From: Candidatus Pacearchaeota archaeon
Lineage (GTDB): Archaea; Nanobdellota; Nanobdellia; Pacearchaeales; JAPDKA01
Direction: 5' to 3'
NCBI GenBank assembly: GCA_038890875.1
Contig: JAWAFA010000001.1
Location: forward strand, 170,996-234,995
DNA length: 64,000 nt
In this document: piece by piece, positions 1 to 12,437 of the stretch
Layout of the letters: the number at the start of each line of letters is the position of its first letter
Position numbering within the stretch: the stretch's first letter is position 1
Notes under the pieces: model-generated
Told to the model about the DNA's origin: nothing
The model's database searches: none
What the model saw: the letters and a program-made list of their open reading frames with translations, nothing else
Program-made: the position numbers and the translations under genes

Positions 1-432
1 ATTTCTGCTGGACCTCCAACAGCGGCAGCTCCAGAAGTTATTCCTAGCGTGCCTTTTGCTGCCGAAGCACCGACTACAGCTATGGCTCAATATCCTGCTA
101 TTGACATTGAAACAATAGAAACAATGGCTGAAGAGATTATAAATGAAAAATGGGAAATGTTAAAAAGACGTGTTGGTGATATTGAAGATTTAAAAAAACA
201 AGTAGAGGTAAGAATTAGCAACATTGAAGAAAGAATAAAAAAAGTTGAGCTTAACCTTGACAAAATCTATTTGCTCATTTTAAAGCGGCAAGAAGAACAA
301 GTTAAAGAAATTGCTGCTGTTGGTAAAGAAGTTGACATGTTAAGCGAGGCTTTTAGCAAAATTTTAACTCCTTTGACAGAGAATATAAAAAAATTAGAAG
401 AGATAAGAAAAAGTTTAAGTAAAAAAAAGTAA
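1..432 (+). CDS. Coiled-coil hypothetical protein, 5'-partial
   Basis: Frame is open from base 1; Pro/Ala-rich stretch followed by heptad-rich helices. Confidence 0.6.
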   Translation: MSAGPPTAAAPEVIPSVPFAAEAPTTAMAQYPAIDIETIETMAEEIINEKWEMLKRRVGDIEDLKKQVEVRISNIEERIKKVELNLDKIYLLILKRQEEQVKEIAAVGKEVDMLSEAFSKILTPLTENIKKLEEIRKSLSKKK

Positions 433-437
433 TTCTT

Positions 438-977
438 TTATTCTTTACCTTCACCAAATAGTGCTTCTTCAACCGCTTTTGAAAAGCTCTTCTTTGGTGG
501 TTGTTCTCGAGAGAAAACAAGAATTAAGGCGATAGCAATGATTATTATTATGAGGGGACCTAAAAAATTAAAATATTGATAAAGCCATATCAGTCTAAAT
601 TCAAATGTTTTAAAAAGCAAGATAATTGCAATAAGTATTACAACAAAAACAAAGAATACTCCTGCTTTTTGCGTGATATCTTTATTCAACAAGCCAAAAA
701 GGATTACAACTGATAGCAAAACTATCAAGGCTATTGCCAGATTGCTGAAAAGCTTTGCCATAATATAGCTTATTTGATAGTTTGTTAGAGCAAAGAAAGC
801 AATAGCAAGTGCAACTACTACGCCTGCTGCAGGTGTTTTTCTAAAGACTTCAATTCTGACTAATATTGCATAGACGATAGAAAAAATAAGTAAAAATGGA
901 AGGAGCATTGTAAAAAAACCTACTTGCTGAGCTAAGTAAAAAAAATTATTAAAATCGAAGTATGGAATATATGCCAT
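438..977 (-). CDS. Multi-pass membrane protein (probable paralog of neighbour)
   Basis: About 5 hydrophobic segments; LLPFLLIFSIVYAIL resembles ILPFVFVWVLTYALM of the next ORF. Confidence 0.7.
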   Translation of the reverse strand: MAYIPYFDFNNFFYLAQQVGFFTMLLPFLLIFSIVYAILVRIEVFRKTPAAGVVVALAIAFFALTNYQISYIMAKLFSNLAIALIVLLSVVILFGLLNKDITQKAGVFFVFVVILIAIILLFKTFEFRLIWLYQYFNFLGPLIIIIIAIALILVFSREQPPKKSFSKAVEEALFGEGKE

Positions 978-991
978 TTCTCCTTTATTTT

Positions 992-1474
992 TTATTTTTC
1001 TCCTGTTTTGAAACCAACAACTATTGCAGCAACAACAACAATTATAATAAGAAAAATTAAAAATTGAATAAATTCTTTGGAAAGTAATTTTGAAATTTTT
1101 TCAAATACACCAAAGATGTTTAAGATAACAACAATGCCTGCCAAAGTTAAAATTCCAGCAACAATATATTTTAATTTACTTGTTCCTTCTTTTGCATAGA
1201 ATTCAATTCCAAGCATTCCAAAAAGGAGCATTAAACAAAATGCAATTATAACAAGCGTAGCCACAATCGGAACTATTACAGAGGTTATGTTAAGTAGTGT
1301 TGGGACACCGATAAAAAAGAAGGCAATTGCAAGTGAGATAAGTAAATGGGCCTGCTTATTCTTGAGCAAATTAATTTTTTCCATTAAAGCATAAGTCAAA
1401 ACCCAAACAAAAACAAATGGTAAGATTATGTTTGCTAAAAATTGAGCAAGTTCTATGGCCATTTTCTTATTCAA
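992..1474 (-). CDS. Multi-pass membrane protein (probable paralog of neighbour)
   Basis: About 5 TM segments; shared N-terminal motif with 438..977. Confidence 0.7.
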   Translation of the reverse strand: MNKKMAIELAQFLANIILPFVFVWVLTYALMEKINLLKNKQAHLLISLAIAFFFIGVPTLLNITSVIVPIVATLVIIAFCLMLLFGMLGIEFYAKEGTSKLKYIVAGILTLAGIVVILNIFGVFEKISKLLSKEFIQFLIFLIIIVVVAAIVVGFKTGEK

Positions 1475-1745
1475 ATTCTTCTTCTAGCTTTTCTTCCCCT
1501 CTTGGCGCTATTGACCTACTGATAACCATCACATCACCTATTGCTTTGACATAAGTATGCGGTACTATTACTCCTTTAGCTCCTCCAAGTTGCACTGCAA
1601 GAGTTGAGCTTTTCACTACTCTTATTTTCCACGATTCAATTTTATTTTCAACAATATTGAGCTCTTCAACTTCGCCGACATATTCACCAGCGTCAGTATA
1701 AACAGGAAGTCCAACTACTTCTGTAACACGTCTAAGCTTTAGCAT
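1467..1745 (-). CDS. PRC-barrel domain protein (CdpB-like)
   Basis: VVGLPVYTDAGEYVGEVEEL...IVPHTYVKAIGDVMVI is a PRC-barrel signature. Confidence 0.8.
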   Translation of the reverse strand: MLKLRRVTEVVGLPVYTDAGEYVGEVEELNIVENKIESWKIRVVKSSTLAVQLGGAKGVIVPHTYVKAIGDVMVISRSIAPRGEEKLEEEFE

Positions 1746-1880
1746 TTTATCTCTTTTTTGTAAAATTTATTTAAATTAAGTAAAAGAGGTTATTTAAATA
1801 TTTTTTGCTTACTTAGCATTATATTACAATTCACAAGCATATCGATGGAGAATTAATTTTCGTAGAAGAGCACCGTTAAA

Positions 1881-1888
1881 TTTATAAA
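1881..1888 (+). promoter_or_regulatory. Putative TATA box of the rRNA operon
   Basis: TTTATAAA about 125 nt upstream of the 16S, ahead of a structured leader. Confidence 0.5.
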
Positions 1889-2008
1889 TTATTTTATAGT
1901 GGATATATTAGATGGAAAAGCTCATATCATTAGATGAGTACCTTAGGCTTAAGGTATGATTTAGACTCATCTAGTGATAGGAGGTGATTCTCTTTTTGCC
2001 TTGCGATT

Positions 2009-3466
<1,458 letters not shown>

Positions 3467-3538
3467 ATCTCTAAAAATTAATATAAATCAAAAAAGATTA
3501 AAAAAAATTTAAATATCATTTTAAACAATAAAGAGGAT

Positions 3539-3610
3539 GGGCCTGTAGTTCAGTGGTAGAACGCCTCCCTTGCACGGAGGAGGTCTCGGGTTCGAATCCC
3601 GACAGGTCCA
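3539..3610 (+). tRNA. tRNA-Ala(TGC) in the 16S-23S spacer
   Basis: Cloverleaf GGGCCTG...CAGGTCC-A, anticodon loop CT-TGC-AC, GTTCGAATC T-loop. Confidence 0.95.
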
Positions 3611-3667
3611 TCTTCTTTTGTGAAGTTCATAAGTAAAGACTTATGAACGGATCGTCGATTTAGATGA

Positions 3668-3686
3668 GACAGCATAGTAAAGTAGT
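3668..3686 (+). other. 5' arm of 23S processing stem (pairs with 6485..6503)
   Basis: GACAGCATAGTAAAGTAGT is the exact reverse complement of ACTACTTTACTATGCTGTC. Confidence 0.8.
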
Positions 3687-3689
3687 TGT

Positions 3690-6482
3690 TAAAGCTGCTA
3701 GGTGGATGGCTTGGTTTGGCAGCAAGGGGACGTGGCAAGCTGCGAAAAGCTTGGGCGAGCTGCATGCAAGCTTCGAACCTAAGATATCCCCTAACCCTAG
3801 GAATTGAAACATCTTAGTACTAGGAGGAAAAGAAAATAATTAATGATGCCCTTAGTAGCAGCGAGCGAACAGGGCAAATGGCAAACCGAATCTTTATGCG
3901 ATGAGCATAAAGAGATGTGGGGTTAAAGCTCTGGGGTAAAGCCTAGCTTTTCTAGTCGAAATGCTTGGAAAAGCATGCCTTAGAGAGTGATAGCCTCGTA
4001 GACGAAGAAAAGAAGGCTTATTCCCAGTAAGCTGAATAGGGCTTCCTGGATTGGAAGTCTGAATTTGGCTCAACTAAGAGCCAACCATAAATATGCTGCC
4101 AAGTCCGATAGCGCACTATTAGTAGTGCGAACGAAAGTTGAAAAGAATCTTTGGCAGGAAGTGAAAAGATCTGAAACCTAGCAGTTATAGTTGGTTACGG
4201 CGCTTCGGCGTTGTAACGTACGTTTTGAAAAACGGACCAGGGAGTTATGGGATGTGGCGAGGTTAATCATAAAGAGAAGCCGTTGCGAAAGCGAGTCTGA
4301 AAAGGCTAAAGTCACATTCCATAGACCCGAAACCAAGCGATCTAATCGTGAACAAGGCGAAGGCTTGCTAACGCGAGCTGGAGGCCTGAACCGGTGTTGG
4401 GCTTACCACTCGGATGATTCACGATTAGGGGTGAAAAGCCTATCTAGCTTGGCGATGGCTGGTTCCCACTGAAATATACCTTAGTATAGTCTTATGTCAT
4501 GCTTGTTGATGGAGTAGAGCTACGGATTGGATGTTTAATACTTTTGGTATTAAGCATCCTGTCCAACTCCGAATCTATCAACAGCTTGGCATAGGAAACA
4601 GGGGTAGCGGGTAAGCTGCTATTCCGAGACGGGAACAACCGAGACATAGGTTAAGGTCCCAAAATGCGAGCTAAGTGTGACGTAAGGTGGTCTTTAGCCT
4701 AAGACAGTAGGGAGGTAGGCTCAGAAGCAGCCACCCTTTAAAGAAAGCGTAACAGCTCACCTACCGAGGCTAAAGGCACCGCAAATGGACGGGGCTAAGC
4801 TTGCTACCGAGACCTATGCCCTATCTCTTTTGAGGTAGTGGGGTAAGTGGGCGTGCTGTTTGGGCAGAAGTGTGCTCGTAAGAGCGCATGGACCGAGCAG
4901 CAATGAAAATCCTGGTTTTAGTAGGAGCAAACCTGCATGAAAAATGCAGGGGCCTTAAGGACAAGGGTTCCTTGGCAATGCAGATCAACCAAGGGTTAGT
5001 CGGAACCTAAGGCATATCCTAATCGAATATGCCGATGGGTGAGCGGTTAATAATCCGCACCGTGCATCATTGCTATGTGCCTTGCTAGGTTTTAGCTATT
5101 GTCGGTGTCTCCCGTAAGGGACATCCTATTGCCATAGGTTTGGGGAGTAGTATAATGCTGAGAACCAAACTAAAGCAATAGGCGAAAGCGATGAGAGGCT
5201 AAGACCTCGTAAAAAGGTAAGGCATGAATGATGCATGTCCGTACCGAGAACTGGTACAGGTGTCCTAGCTGAGAAGGCTAAGGCCTTAAGGGTTAAACCA
5301 AGTTAGGGAAATCGGCAAATTGGCCCCGTATCTTCGGTAGAAGGGGTGCCTACTCTTGTGCTTAGAATTGCTAGGTGCAGGAGTAGGTTGCAATGACAAG
5401 GATGGCCCGACTGTTTATCAAAAACGTAGCCAGCTGCAACGCAGAAATGCTTTGTATAGCTGGTGAGGCCTGTCCAGTGGTGGTGTCTGAAGCCCCTTTA
5501 CAAGGGGGTAAAGGCTCACCAAACGACGGGGGTAACTCTGACCCTCTTAAGGTAGCGTAATGCCTTGTCGTCTGAATGGCGACGTGCATGAATGGCTTAA
5601 CGAGGTTGTCGCTGTCCCAACTTGGAACCCTCTGAACCAACTATCCTGGTGAAAGGGCCAGGGACTCCTACTGGGAAGCAAAGACCTTGTGGACCTTTAC
5701 TGCAGCCTGCAGCTGTGCTTTTTTGAAAGATGCATAGTGTAGATGGGAGCTATTTGATGAGAAAGCTTTCGGGCTTTCTCTAAGCGTCAATGTAACACCA
5801 TCCATCTTTCAAAAGAGTGCTAACTCCGCGAGGAGGACAACTGTTGGTGGGCAGTTTAGCTGGGGTGGTTCCCTCTGAAAATATATCGGAGGGGCCCAAA
5901 GGTGAGCTCATCCACCTCGGAAAAGTGGAGTAGAGCGTAAAGGCAAAAGCTCACCTAACTGTATTCTAAGAAAAGAATGCAGTAGTGAAAGCTGGGCTTA
6001 TCGAACCCTGGTGCGCCTTTTAGTGGGGCCCCAGGATGACAGAAAAGGTACCCCAAGGATAACAGGCTCGTCGCGCCCGATAGTCCATATTGACGGCGCG
6101 GTTTGGTACATCGACGTCGGTTCTTCCTATCCTGGCTGTGCATAAGCAGCCAAGGGTGCCGGAGTTCACGCATTAAAAGGGATCGTGAGCTGGGTTAAGA
6201 ACGCCGTGAGGCAGTTTGTTTGATATCTAGTAGGAGTGCAATTGCCTGAGTGGAAGGAAGCTCTAGTACGAGAGGAACGAGCTTCCGAAGCTTCTGGTTT
6301 TGGGTTGTCCTCATAGGGCACGCCCAAAAGCCACGCTTTGCTGAATAAGAGCTGAAAGCATCTAAGCTCGAAGTCAGCCGCAAAAATAGGCAATTAAGGC
6401 CGCCATAGAAGATGGCGTTGATAGGGCTCAAGTGTACGTGCCAAGGCAACGAGGCACTCAGCTTTGAGCTACTAAAAGCCTC
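3690..6482 (+). rRNA. rrl: 23S rRNA (ends approximate)
   Basis: GAATTGAAACATCTTAGTA, CTCTTAAGGTAGC, GGATAACAGGCT, sarcin-ricin AGTACGAGAGGAAC; bounded by a 19-bp processing stem. Confidence 0.95.
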
Positions 6483-6564
6483 ACACTACTTTACTATGCT
6501 GTCCGATTATGTTAAATTTTACTCTTAACATAAACTTTTTTAAATTTCTAAATCTCTTTTCTTG

Positions 6565-8910
6565 ATGGAAAAGAATTATTATAACCCCCAGGAAATAGAA
6601 CCAAAAATTTTGGAATTTTGGGAAAAGGAAAAGATTTTTAAATGGGATCCTAAAAAAAAGGGAAAAATTTTTTCAATAGATACTCCACCACCAACCGTCT
6701 CTGGAAAAATGCATATTGGGCATGCCTTTAATTATACTAGTTTTGATGTTATTGCACGATTTAAAAAAATGCAAGGGTTTAATTTGTTTTTTCCTTTTGG
6801 AACTGATGATAATGGATTAGCAACAGAAAGATTAATTGAAAAGTTAAAGGGAATTAGAGCAAAAGAGATTGGAAGAGACAGATTTATAGATATATGTCTT
6901 AAAACTCTTAAAGAAATAACTCCTGAATTTATTGCTGATTGGAAGAGGATTGGTATGAGCTGCGACTTTGAACTTTTTTATTCTACAATAAACACCCATT
7001 GCAGGGCAATAAGTCAGAAGAGCTTTATTCAACTTTATAAAGCTGGAAGAGAATATAGAAAAGAAGCCCCTACGATCTGGTGTCCAGAATGCCAAACGGC
7101 AATCGCACAAGTTGAGTTAAAAGATAAGCAATTCGAATCAACATTTAATGATATTATTTTTAAAGTTGGTAATGAAAACATTATCATATCAACAACAAGG
7201 CCCGAGCTTTTGCCAAGTTGTGTTGCCATTTTTTATCATCCTTCTGATGAAAGGTACAGACATTTAAAAGGAAAAAAGGCGAAGGTTCCTTTATTTAATT
7301 TTGAAGTCCCTATTTTAGAAGACGAAAATGTGGATATAGCTAAAGGAACAGGAATTGTCATGTGCTGCACATTTGGCGATATTACTGACATCGAATGGTG
7401 GCGCAAGCATAATTTGCCTCTAAAAATAAGCATAAATAAAGAAGGCAAAATGATAGTTAAAGGTTATGAAGGATTAAGTATTAATGAAGCTAGGAAAAAG
7501 ATTATCGAAGATTTGAAGTTAGCTGGATTACTTGTAGGGCAGAAAAAAATTATGCATATAGTGAATGTTCATGAACGTTGTGATACTCCTATCGAATTTC
7601 TAGTTACAAAACAATGGTTTATTCGCTATCTTGATCTAAAGGAAATATTTCTTAAACTTGGTAAACAGCTTAGATGGCATCCTGAATTCATGCGGGTTAG
7701 ATATGAAAATTGGATTAGGGGGCTTAAATGGGATTGGTGTATCTCAAGGCAGCGTTATTTCGGTGTACCTTTCCCTGTTTGGTATTGCAAAAATTGTGAC
7801 AATGAAATACTTGCTAATGAAGATGAACTTCCTGTTGATCCTTTAATTGATAAACCGCCTGTAAAAGAATGCCCAAAATGCAAAAGTAAAGAATTTTTTC
7901 CAGAAACAGATGTCTTAGATACTTGGGCTACTTCTTCGCTAACTCCGATTATTGCGATTGAACTTGTTAACAAAAAATTACACAAAAAATTATTCCCCAT
8001 GGACTTAAGACCACAGGGGCAAGATATAGTAACATTCTGGCTTTTTAATACTGTAGTAAAAAGTTGGTTGCATTACAAAAAATTACCTTGGAGGAATGCT
8101 ATGATTACTGGTTATGTTTTAAGCTCTGAAGGAGAGAAAATGTCAAAAAGCAAAGGTAATATTATTGAACCACAAGAGCTCATAAAAAAATACTGTGCTG
8201 ATTCGTTAAGATATTGGGCGTCAAGTGTTAAGTTAGGGGAAGATTTAAATGTTGATGAAAAAGAATTTATTGCTGGCCAGAGGTTACTTACAAAACTTTG
8301 GAATGCTGCAAAATTTTTCAATTTTGCTTCAGATAAAAAACCAAAATCAATTAATAAAATTGACTATTGGCTGTTTTTAAAGTTAAATGAACTTATTGAC
8401 GAATGCACTAAGGCTTATGAAAACTACGATGTTTCTAAAGCAAGAAGTCTACTTCTAAATTTTTTTTGGCATACTTTTTGTGATGATTGGCTTGAGATAG
8501 CTAAAAATAGAATTTATAAACAAGATAACTCGGCATGCTTTACTCTTTATTTTGCTCTCTCTACAATAGTTAAACTCTTTTCTCCAATTTTACCTTTTAT
8601 AACTGAAGAGATCTATCAACTTTACATGAAAAAAATAGAAAAAAAGAAAAGCATAAACTTCTGCTCATGGCCAAAAAAAATTAAACTAAAAAAAGATAAA
8701 ACGATTATTTTTAATGGAGAAAAATTTATTGAAATCTTACACAAAGTAAGAAGTGTTAAAGCTGATGCCAAGAAATCATTAAAAGCAGAGATAATCTTAA
8801 GTCTTGAAAGTAAAGATTTTGAAATACTTAAAGATTACATTGATGATTTAAAAGCTGTGACAAATGCTAAAGAAATAATAAAGGATAAATTTAATGTAAA
8901 ATTTTTATAA
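6565..8910 (+). CDS. valS: Valyl-tRNA synthetase
   Basis: IDTPPPTVSG, HIGH, DWCISRQR, KMSKS. Confidence 0.95.
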   Translation: MEKNYYNPQEIEPKILEFWEKEKIFKWDPKKKGKIFSIDTPPPTVSGKMHIGHAFNYTSFDVIARFKKMQGFNLFFPFGTDDNGLATERLIEKLKGIRAKEIGRDRFIDICLKTLKEITPEFIADWKRIGMSCDFELFYSTINTHCRAISQKSFIQLYKAGREYRKEAPTIWCPECQTAIAQVELKDKQFESTFNDIIFKVGNENIIISTTRPELLPSCVAIFYHPSDERYRHLKGKKAKVPLFNFEVPILEDENVDIAKGTGIVMCCTFGDITDIEWWRKHNLPLKISINKEGKMIVKGYEGLSINEARKKIIEDLKLAGLLVGQKKIMHIVNVHERCDTPIEFLVTKQWFIRYLDLKEIFLKLGKQLRWHPEFMRVRYENWIRGLKWDWCISRQRYFGVPFPVWYCKNCDNEILANEDELPVDPLIDKPPVKECPKCKSKEFFPETDVLDTWATSSLTPIIAIELVNKKLHKKLFPMDLRPQGQDIVTFWLFNTVVKSWLHYKKLPWRNAMITGYVLSSEGEKMSKSKGNIIEPQELIKKYCADSLRYWASSVKLGEDLNVDEKEFIAGQRLLTKLWNAAKFFNFASDKKPKSINKIDYWLFLKLNELIDECTKAYENYDVSKARSLLLNFFWHTFCDDWLEIAKNRIYKQDNSACFTLYFALSTIVKLFSPILPFITEEIYQLYMKKIEKKKSINFCSWPKKIKLKKDKTIIFNGEKFIEILHKVRSVKADAKKSLKAEIILSLESKDFEILKDYIDDLKAVTNAKEIIKDKFNVKFL

Positions 8911-8925
8911 TTTAAAAGAATTTTC

Positions 8926-10005
8926 ATGGAAGAAAGATTATTCAAATTCAAAAAACTCGTTAAAGAGCTAGAAAGCTATAAAGGAAGGCACACTGAACTT
9001 ATTTCACTCTATATTCCTTCAGGTCACAATATTTTTAGTGTTGTCGATCAGATCAATCAAGAGAAAGCAATGGCTGAAAATGTTAAAAGTAAAACAACAA
9101 GGCTTAATGTAATTGCCGCACTTGAAGCAATTCTTAGAGAATTAAAATTCTATAAAAAAACACCGCCAAACGGGTTAGTTATTTTCGCTGGGAATGTAAG
9201 CAAAGAAGAGGGCAAGCAAGATATTAAAATATGGGCAATAGAACCACCGTATCAATTAAATCTTAAGCTTTATCACTGCGATCAAACTTTCTTTCTCAAA
9301 CCTCTCCAAGAAATGTTAGAAGAAAGAAAAGAGGTTGTTGGTTTGCTTGTTATCGATAAAAAGGAAGCTACTCTTGGCTTGCTCGAAGGAAAGCGAATTA
9401 AAAAGCTTCTTTATTTAACTAGTGGTGTTCCAAGTAAGATAAGAGCTGGTGGTCAAAGCGCTGCACGTTTTGAAAGACTTCGAGAAGAGGCTGCTCGTGA
9501 TTTTTACAGACGTGTTGCTGAACATTGTAAAGAGTTTTTTCTTGATAAAAAAATAAAAAGTATTATTCTTGGAGGGCCTGGCCCAACAAAAGAAGAATTT
9601 TTGAAAGAAGGGGAGCTTGCAACTGCAATAAAAGAAAAAATAATTGTTGTAAAGGATATTGGTTATGCTGATGAGCATGGACTAAAACTTCTTGTCGAAG
9701 AAAGCCAGGATGTTTTGGCAAAACTTGAGATAATGGAAGAAAAAAAAATTGTTAAAGAATTCTTTGCTGCTTTAATACAAGAGCAGGCCGTGCGTGGTTT
9801 GAATGAAGTAAAAAAGGCACTAGAGTACGGGGCAGCAGCAAAAGTTTTGATTAGTGAAGAATCCAATATTAATCTTGAAGAAATAGAGAATCTTGCCCAA
9901 AGCAGCGGTGCTGAGATAATTTACATCTCAACGCAAACTGAAGAAGGCTTGCAGTTCAAAAACATCGCTGAAATCGGAGCTATTTTAAGATTTAAATTTG
10001 AGTAA
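8926..10005 (+). CDS. prf1: Peptide chain release factor aRF1
   Basis: GRHTELISLYIP, NVKS, YHCD, GGQSAARF. Confidence 0.95.
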   Translation: MEERLFKFKKLVKELESYKGRHTELISLYIPSGHNIFSVVDQINQEKAMAENVKSKTTRLNVIAALEAILRELKFYKKTPPNGLVIFAGNVSKEEGKQDIKIWAIEPPYQLNLKLYHCDQTFFLKPLQEMLEERKEVVGLLVIDKKEATLGLLEGKRIKKLLYLTSGVPSKIRAGGQSAARFERLREEAARDFYRRVAEHCKEFFLDKKIKSIILGGPGPTKEEFLKEGELATAIKEKIIVVKDIGYADEHGLKLLVEESQDVLAKLEIMEEKKIVKEFFAALIQEQAVRGLNEVKKALEYGAAAKVLISEESNINLEEIENLAQSSGAEIIYISTQTEEGLQFKNIAEIGAILRFKFE

Positions 10006-10017
10006 AAATTATAAAAA

Positions 10018-10509
10018 ATGGAAGAAAACGAAAAAAGAATTGAGGCATTGCTTTTTATTGCTGGTCGATTTATTAGTGAGGCTGATATTGTTAGAATTAC
10101 TGGAGTGGATCCATTAACTCTTCGCGAAATAATCTTAAGAATAAAGGAGAGGTACAGAGATTCGGCCTTGACAATTAATGAAATTGAGGTTGATGGAATT
10201 AAACATTATAAAATGGAGGTTCATGATGAGTTTAAAGATCTCGCCATCAATCTTGCTAGCAAACAAGAGTTTAGCAAGGCTGAACAAGAAACTCTTGCAT
10301 TGATTGCTTATAAACAGCCAATAAAACAAAGTGTTATTGTAAAAATAAGAGGGAATAAGGCTTACGAACATATAAAAAAGTTTCTTGCTTATGGTCTTAT
10401 TAATGCCAAACCTTATGGACACACTCGAATATTAAACCTAACAGAAAAATTTTATGAATATTTTGATATAAAGAATGAAGGAGAAAAATCAGGAGGAATT
10501 GATAAATAA
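10018..10509 (+). CDS. scpB: SMC-Scp complex subunit ScpB
   Basis: IEALLF...ETLALIAYKQPI...IRG. Confidence 0.9.
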   Translation: MEENEKRIEALLFIAGRFISEADIVRITGVDPLTLREIILRIKERYRDSALTINEIEVDGIKHYKMEVHDEFKDLAINLASKQEFSKAEQETLALIAYKQPIKQSVIVKIRGNKAYEHIKKFLAYGLINAKPYGHTRILNLTEKFYEYFDIKNEGEKSGGIDK

Positions 10510-12046
10510 GGAAAAAATAATTTTAGTTCTTTTGTTCTTACTTGCCCTAACATTTTTTCTTTGGCTGCATTCAACACATATTGGATGGGACTTCCAAACT
10601 TATGTTCTAAATGCTAAATATTGGTTTGCTGATGGTGATTATTTCGAATGGGCAAGACCTCCACTTGTTCCTTTGCTTTTAGGCATTTTTTCTTTTTTTG
10701 GTTGGAAAGCTTCTGAGTATGTTTTTATAATTTTTGTTACTTTTCTACATTTTCTTTCATGTATAGTTTTTGCTAAGAGATTTAAAATAAATAAAGTGCT
10801 TTTTTATGCTATTTCTCTCTCACCTTTTGTTCTTATTACTGGCCTTTCTGAAGGCACAGAGCTATTGTCCTTAGCATTATTACAATTGTTTCTTGCCTTT
10901 ATAGAAACAAATTTTGCTTCTTTTTTTCTTGGTCTTGCTTTCCTAGCAAGATATCCTAACTTAATTTTTACTCCTTTGCTTTTATTTACATTGATTAGAG
11001 ACAGAAAAAAATTTTTGCCAAATATTTTTGTCTTTTTGCTTGTAATTTCACCATGGCTTCTCTTCAATTTCCTTACTACTGGAAATGCCTTTACGAGCAT
11101 TATGGATAGTTATGCTCTAAATATTAAGTTTAGAGGTTATATTAATCAACCATTTAACATAAAAGATTTTATTTTAATCACAAACTATCTTTTGCCTTTC
11201 TTTATTGCAGGGATAATTAGAAGAAAAGGAACAAAATTTAAAGCAGAAGATTGGCTAATGATTATGTTTTTTGTCCTAGCTTTATTTAGTTATTCAAGAA
11301 TACCAATAAAATTGACTCGATATTTATTTGTTGCTCTCTTACCAATCTTTTATCTTTCAAGTATAGCGATTGAAGAGGCAAAGAAAAAAAGCGTTATAGT
11401 TTTTGTCTTATTGTCATCAAGTTTATTCTTTTTTGTTTTATCATTGCTTATCTATATCAATCCTTTAAATTATTTCAAATATCTTCTTATTGCTATTTTA
11501 CCGATTTTGATTACTTCTTATTTTTTGAGTATAATCATAAAAAAAATCGGGCATGTTATAGTTTTCTTGTTACTCTTACTTCTATTAAGTTTTTCATTTG
11601 CTATTTTAATATACTTTACAGAAATTAAAAATCCAATAATGCAAGAAAAAAGTTATTTGGACGTTATCAATGAAACAAAAGATTTCTTGAATTGTGGTCT
11701 TTCATCAAATATCCATATTCAATTAAATTACTTTGGAATAAAAAGTGAGGGGGCTCCTCTTAAAAAAGAAATGATCAAAAAAAAGTTAGAAGATGGTTAT
11801 AGAATTTTATTTTTTAAAATTATTCCTGAGCCGGACTATATTAAGAATGAAACTTTTTTGCATCAATTTCCCATAATAAAAGAAGGCAAAAATTATGTTT
11901 TGCTTGGAGATAAAACAAGATGTGCATTAATAAGAAAAATCAATCAAACTTATCTTGAATCAATAAGTGAGCTTTATAGAGTTATTTATAATGAAAATTT
12001 TTCAATTTCTTTTTATGATTTATTTTTTACTAATAAAACTGCATAA
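10475..12046 (+). CDS. GT-C fold membrane glycosyltransferase (PMT/ArnT-like)
   Basis: Many TMs, WDFQTY, RPPLVP, LARYP, RYL motifs. Confidence 0.7.
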   Translation: MKEKNQEELINKEKIILVLLFLLALTFFLWLHSTHIGWDFQTYVLNAKYWFADGDYFEWARPPLVPLLLGIFSFFGWKASEYVFIIFVTFLHFLSCIVFAKRFKINKVLFYAISLSPFVLITGLSEGTELLSLALLQLFLAFIETNFASFFLGLAFLARYPNLIFTPLLLFTLIRDRKKFLPNIFVFLLVISPWLLFNFLTTGNAFTSIMDSYALNIKFRGYINQPFNIKDFILITNYLLPFFIAGIIRRKGTKFKAEDWLMIMFFVLALFSYSRIPIKLTRYLFVALLPIFYLSSIAIEEAKKKSVIVFVLLSSSLFFFVLSLLIYINPLNYFKYLLIAILPILITSYFLSIIIKKIGHVIVFLLLLLLLSFSFAILIYFTEIKNPIMQEKSYLDVINETKDFLNCGLSSNIHIQLNYFGIKSEGAPLKKEMIKKKLEDGYRILFFKIIPEPDYIKNETFLHQFPIIKEGKNYVLLGDKTRCALIRKINQTYLESISELYRVIYNENFSISFYDLFFTNKTA

Positions 12047-12089
12047 GATATTTAGAAAATAATTTAAACCTTATTCTGCGTTCATTGTT

Positions 12090-12434
12090 ATGGATACGCA
12101 AATTTATATTATCTTGCTCGTGCTATTTTGTGCTTTACTCGCTGCTTCAGGACAACTCTTTTTTAAATTAGCTTCTACTAAATTTTCGTTGAATCCTCTA
12201 ACATGGATAAAAAATCCTTTCTTTATAATTGGAGTAATATTTTATGCTATTTCTGCTGTTCTTTTTGTTTGGAGTTTGAAAAATGGAAATCTCTCCGTCT
12301 TATATCCAATCATCGCTACTAGTTATATATGGACAACAATCCTGGCAACAAAAGTGCTGCATGAACCATTTACTCCACTAAAATGGCTAGGAATAATGTT
12401 AATAATTTTAGGGATAATTATAATCACAAGATAA
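12090..12434 (+). CDS. EamA/SMR-type 4-TM transporter (ArnE/F-like)
   Basis: GQLFFK...LSVLYP...HEP...KWLG; next to glycosyltransferases. Confidence 0.75.
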   Translation: MDTQIYIILLVLFCALLAASGQLFFKLASTKFSLNPLTWIKNPFFIIGVIFYAISAVLFVWSLKNGNLSVLYPIIATSYIWTTILATKVLHEPFTPLKWLGIMLIILGIIIITR

Positions 12435-12437
12435 AAA

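Noticed and set aside
6507-6533. TTATGTTAAAT, identical to the E. coli dif XerD arm
   Set aside because: It is one arm of a 9-bp hairpin just after the 23S stem, with the wrong arm orientation and spacer for dif; more likely an RNA hairpin
9079-9090. aRF1 NVKS instead of NIKS as a sign of stop-codon reassignment
   Set aside because: Conservative change; TAA, TAG and TGA all terminate genes normally in this window
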